A stretch of 11,685 bases of DNA. Source: a bacterium. GTDB lineage: Bacteria; Hydrothermota; 32-111. The DNA lies in assembly GCA_046484245.1 (NCBI GenBank), contig JAWOBN010000093.1, positions 1-11,685 on the forward strand, written 5' to 3'. Position 1 is the first letter of the stretch. Every line of letters starts with the position of its first letter. The position numbers and the translations under genes are program-made. The notes under the pieces were generated by a model. It saw only the letters and a program-made list of their open reading frames with translations. It did not search any database and was not told the DNA's origin. Shown here one piece after another: positions 9,120 to 11,685 of this stretch.

Positions 9120-9948
9120 GATAATATCATTCATCTATCTTATACGGCTGAACAACTCACTGATATCCATACTATCCCTCATTGTGGCTATATATATAGG
9201 CAACAGGGGATTTGAAACAGATAAACTGATATTCTCAGTTTTGACTGTGTTTTTCCTCTCTTCCGGCGGAAATATAATAAATGATTATTTTGATATTGAA
9301 ACAGACCGCATAAATAAACCACAGAGACCACTCATATCGTCAGTATTTAATCTCAGGGTAATATTCATCATGGCAGTTTCAATGCTTTTCTTAGGGATTG
9401 TGTTCTCTGTTTTTATAAGCCTTATGACATTGCTTATTGCATTTTCAGCATCAGTACTGCTTTTTTTATATTCGTGGAAACTCAAACGCATGCCTTTTAT
9501 TGGCAATCTTACAATAGCTTCATTGAGCGGACTTCTTTTTATATATGGAGCATTGATTGCAGAAAATATAACAGCCGGCATTTTCCCTGCTGTATTTGCA
9601 TTCCTCATGACATTCGGCAGGGAAATAACAAAGGACATTGAGGATGTTGAAGGGGATAGAGAGGCCGGTATGAAAACACTCCCTATCCTCATAGGTGAGG
9701 GCAAGACCATGCTCATTGCATCTGTAAACTTTCTTATACTTATCATCGTGAGTTTCATACCGTATTTTATCGGCATGTACAATAAGTGGTATTTCATTAT
9801 TGTTGTATTCGGTGTTGATATTGTTATTATCATCCTGCTTATCATGTTCTTCCTATTTGATGATATCAAGACAAAGAGATTTGTTAATAATTATCTGAAA
9901 TATGATATGATAATAGGCCTGTTGGCTGTAATAATGGGGATCAATTGA
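9058..9948 (+). CDS. UbiA-family prenyltransferase, DGGGP synthase-like (geranylgeranylglycerol-phosphate geranylgeranyltransferase)
   Basis: Multi-TM protein with 'GGNIINDYFDIETDRINKPQRP', 'YSWKLK…GNL' and 'REITKDIEDVEGD…TLP', characteristic of the DGGGPS subfamily. ATG 9058 has AAGGA upstream. The substrate is inferred. Confidence 0.85.
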   Translation: MNQNHQKTNQAEQTIPSSQNKIISFIYLIRLNNSLISILSLIVAIYIGNRGFETDKLIFSVLTVFFLSSGGNIINDYFDIETDRINKPQRPLISSVFNLRVIFIMAVSMLFLGIVFSVFISLMTLLIAFSASVLLFLYSWKLKRMPFIGNLTIASLSGLLFIYGALIAENITAGIFPAVFAFLMTFGREITKDIEDVEGDREAGMKTLPILIGEGKTMLIASVNFLILIIVSFIPYFIGMYNKWYFIIVVFGVDIVIIILLIMFFLFDDIKTKRFVNNYLKYDMIIGLLAVIMGIN

Positions 9949-10727
9949 TAGTCAAATCAGTATTACTCGGCATTATACAGGGACTCACAGAATTTCTGCC
10001 TGTTTCCAGTTCCGGGCATCTGGTGCTTTTCAGGGAACTACTTCAAATCAAGACAGATAATCTCTTTATGGAGATATCAATGCATTTCGGTTCACTCCTT
10101 GCACTTATTATCTATTTCAGGGCAAGAATATTGGGATTAATCGGCGGCGGATACAGGGAGATAACACAGAAAAGAGGCGAGAAGTCCAATCTCCGTTTTA
10201 TGGGTTTGGTGATTGTCGGTATGATACCTGCTGTAATTGCAGGATTATTCTTCAAAGAACATATAGAGAATGCATTTACCAGTGTTATCTTCACAGGCAT
10301 TATGTTTCTTGTAACAGGCGGCATAATACTAATAACAAAATTCATCAGTAGTCAGCAGGGAAGAATACACATAAAATCCGCTCTGATAATAGGATTAATG
10401 CAGGTGTTTGCGCTTCTTCCCGGTATATCCCGGTCAGGCATTACAATATCAGCCGGTATCTCGGCAGGTGTCAAACGCAAGCATGCAGCTGATTTCTCTT
10501 TCTTCATGGCAATGCCATTGATACTGGGGTCATTTATAATGGAGCTGAAAGAGGTCTCAATGCAATTTGAATTTTATATTATTACAGGCATTGTATCTTC
10601 TCTGATAGCCAGCTATATTGCTATTGTAATACTGTACAGATTGCTTGAATCAGAGCATTTTTACAGATTTGCCTATTACCTCTTTCCCCTTGGCATATTA
10701 ACAATAATATACGGGATAGTGAGATGA
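9945..10727 (+). CDS. uppP: Undecaprenyl-diphosphate phosphatase (BacA)
   Basis: LGIIQGLTEFLPVSSSGHL and PGISRSG signature motifs, 'ADFSFFMA'; TTG start overlapping the previous stop (TTGA). Confidence 0.96.
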   Translation: MIVKSVLLGIIQGLTEFLPVSSSGHLVLFRELLQIKTDNLFMEISMHFGSLLALIIYFRARILGLIGGGYREITQKRGEKSNLRFMGLVIVGMIPAVIAGLFFKEHIENAFTSVIFTGIMFLVTGGIILITKFISSQQGRIHIKSALIIGLMQVFALLPGISRSGITISAGISAGVKRKHAADFSFFMAMPLILGSFIMELKEVSMQFEFYIITGIVSSLIASYIAIVILYRLLESEHFYRFAYYLFPLGILTIIYGIVR

Positions 10728-11215
10728 TACTGGTAATATCCGATACACATGACAATGAAAAACTGACCCGAAAGCTTGTTGACAAATACAAAAGCCGGGA
10801 TGTGGAGGCATTGATACATTGCGGTGATGTGGTGGATTTTAAGCTCTTTGAGCTCCTGAACAGGATTACAGACAATATCTATCTAGTCAGGGGGAACAAT
10901 GACAAATACTCAGAGGAAACAGTGGCAGAGCTCAGCAGTGCTGGTGTATTATACTCCATACCGCCGTTTTCATTTGTTATTGAGGGATATGGGAATTTTG
11001 TGATAATGCATGAACCGTATTTTATTGAGGAGTATATCAACCGCAAGAATGTGGATTTTATACTCTATGGCCATACTCATAATGCAAAGTTCTATGAAAA
11101 AAACGGCAAGAAGATATTAAATCCCGGAGCACTGTCATATTTCCTCAATCCCATACCATATTACGCAGCAATATCCCGTGACAGCAGTATAATGCTTCAT
11201 AAAGACATTAAATAA
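10724..11215 (+). CDS. YfcE/MJ0936-family metallophosphoesterase
   Basis: ISDTH, HCGD, VRGNND, HEP, YGHTH and NPG motifs. Confidence 0.93.
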   Translation: MILVISDTHDNEKLTRKLVDKYKSRDVEALIHCGDVVDFKLFELLNRITDNIYLVRGNNDKYSEETVAELSSAGVLYSIPPFSFVIEGYGNFVIMHEPYFIEEYINRKNVDFILYGHTHNAKFYEKNGKKILNPGALSYFLNPIPYYAAISRDSSIMLHKDIK

Positions 11216-11229
11216 TAATCAATCCAATC

Positions 11230-11257
11230 TTGACAAAACAGAAAGAATACATATAAT
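11230..11257 (+). promoter_or_regulatory. Consensus sigma70 promoter for tRNA-Ser
   Basis: TTGACA (11230-11235), 16-bp spacer, TATAAT (11252-11257), ending 10 nt before the tRNA. Confidence 0.85.
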
Positions 11258-11267
11258 ATACGCTCAC

Positions 11268-11352
11268 GGAGGATTAGTCTAATTGGTAAGGCAGCGGATT
11301 TGAAATCCGCCGGGCATTGCGTCCCTTGGGGGTTCGAGTCCCTCATCCTCCG
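11268..11352 (+). tRNA. tRNA-Ser (anticodon TGA), class II, CCA not encoded
   Basis: Acceptor GGAGGAT/ATCCTCC, D-stem GTCT/AGGC, anticodon stem GCGGA/TCCGC with loop TT-TGA-AA (anticodon 11301-11303), variable arm GGGC-ATTGC-GTCC, T-stem GGGGG/CCCTC with loop TTCGAGT, discriminator G. Confidence 0.95.
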
Positions 11353-11362
11353 TATAAAATTC

Positions 11363-11389
11363 AGACCGCGTAAACCGCGGTCTTTTTTT
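11363..11389 (+). terminator. Rho-independent terminator after tRNA-Ser
   Basis: Stem AGACCGCG (11363-11370), loop TAAAC, CGCGGTCT (11376-11383), followed by a T run to 11389. Confidence 0.9.
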
Positions 11390-11392
11390 ATT

Positions 11393-11411
11393 GGAGGATA
11401 AGGACTCGAAC
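11393..11411 (-). repeat. Inverted copy of the tRNA-Ser 3' end (T-loop to acceptor stem)
   Basis: GGAGGATAAGGACTCGAAC versus the reverse complement of 11332-11351, GGAGGATGAGGGACTCGAAC: one gap and one mismatch. Confidence 0.8.
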
Positions 11412-11446
11412 ATGAGCGGAGCGAATAAGTCCGGAGGACTACCCTG

Positions 11447-11527
11447 GGGGTTTGTTTGCGGTCAGCACTTCTGGGCTTCCAAGAGAGCAGCTAAGTGCGA
11501 GCGAAGCGAGCACTGAGTGCCCTCATC
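11447..11527 (+). repeat. 81-bp direct repeat, copy 1 (structured, tRNA-3'-like end)
   Basis: Identical to 11605-11685 (offset 158 bp). Confidence 0.95.
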
Positions 11528-11570
11528 CCAGCCATTGGTGATGTAATGATAAAACATGGAGGATGGGGAA

Positions 11571-11605
11571 CGCATCACGAATCACGCAATACGCATAACG
11601 ATTCG
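11571..11605 (+). repeat. Five degenerate tandem heptamers
   Basis: CGCATCA-CGAATCA-CGCAATA-CGCATAA-CGATTCG. Confidence 0.7.
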
Positions 11606-11685
11606 GGGTTTGTTTGCGGTCAGCACTTCTGGGCTTCCAAGAGAGCAGCTAAGTGCGAGCGAAGCGAGCACTGAGTGCCCTCATC
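11605..11685 (+). repeat. 81-bp direct repeat, copy 2 (runs to the window end, possibly truncated)
   Basis: Identical to 11447-11527. Confidence 0.95.

Noticed and set aside
2693..10727. TGA recoding (selenocysteine or an alternative genetic code)
   Set aside because: TGA codons fall at the expected C-termini of complete proteins and mostly overlap the next start (ATGA/TGATG). No protein appears truncated.
265..10875. Alternative-frame and minus-strand ORFs in the track (e.g. 265-549, 686-976, 7765-8175, 8705-9130, 9285-9869)
   Set aside because: All are shadows of well-supported + strand genes and show no recognisable motifs.
11268..11352. tRNA-Sec or opal suppressor, suggested by TGA in the loop and a long variable arm
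   Set aside because: TGA is the anticodon (reads UCA, Ser). tRNA-Sec needs anticodon TCA and a longer D-stem; this tRNA has a 4-bp D-stem and a normal 7/5 fold.
11447..11685. CRISPR array
   Set aside because: The 81-bp repeat is far longer than CRISPR repeats, only two copies are visible, the intervening DNA shares motifs, and no cas genes are present.
11556..11685. ORF starting at ATG 11556 within the repeat array
   Set aside because: No convincing RBS, it consists of repeat sequence, and it stops at TAA 11649-11651.

Overview
Bacterial chromosomal housekeeping region with all supportable genes on the + strand and the standard genetic code. Gene content suggests an FCB/WOR-3/Cloacimonadota-like anaerobe (inference only). 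Order: secreted acidic hypothetical protein; TudS/DUF523-like (CD3072-type) Fe-S desulfidase; promoter and tRNA-Val(CAC); a ~100-nt leader with a possible 29-aa uORF running through a terminator-like hairpin; then a ~9.6-kb run of ten overlapping or abutting genes (C4 zinc-ribbon/coiled-coil protein, RNase HI, HTH-PTS EIIA fusion, dnaG, rpoD, YtcJ-like amidohydrolase, SPFH protein, DGGGP-synthase-like UbiA prenyltransferase, uppP, YfcE-like phosphoesterase); promoter, tRNA-Ser(TGA) and terminator; and finally an array of structured repeat units whose ends derive from the tRNA 3' end, including an exact 81-bp direct repeat that runs off the window edge. The best leads are the tRNA-derived repeat array, the candidate uORF/attenuator ahead of the dnaG-rpoD operon, the HTH-EIIA fusion coupled to dnaG, and the archaeal-type ether-lipid synthase homologue between the SPFH gene and uppP. 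No CRISPR, integrase or transposase is visible.
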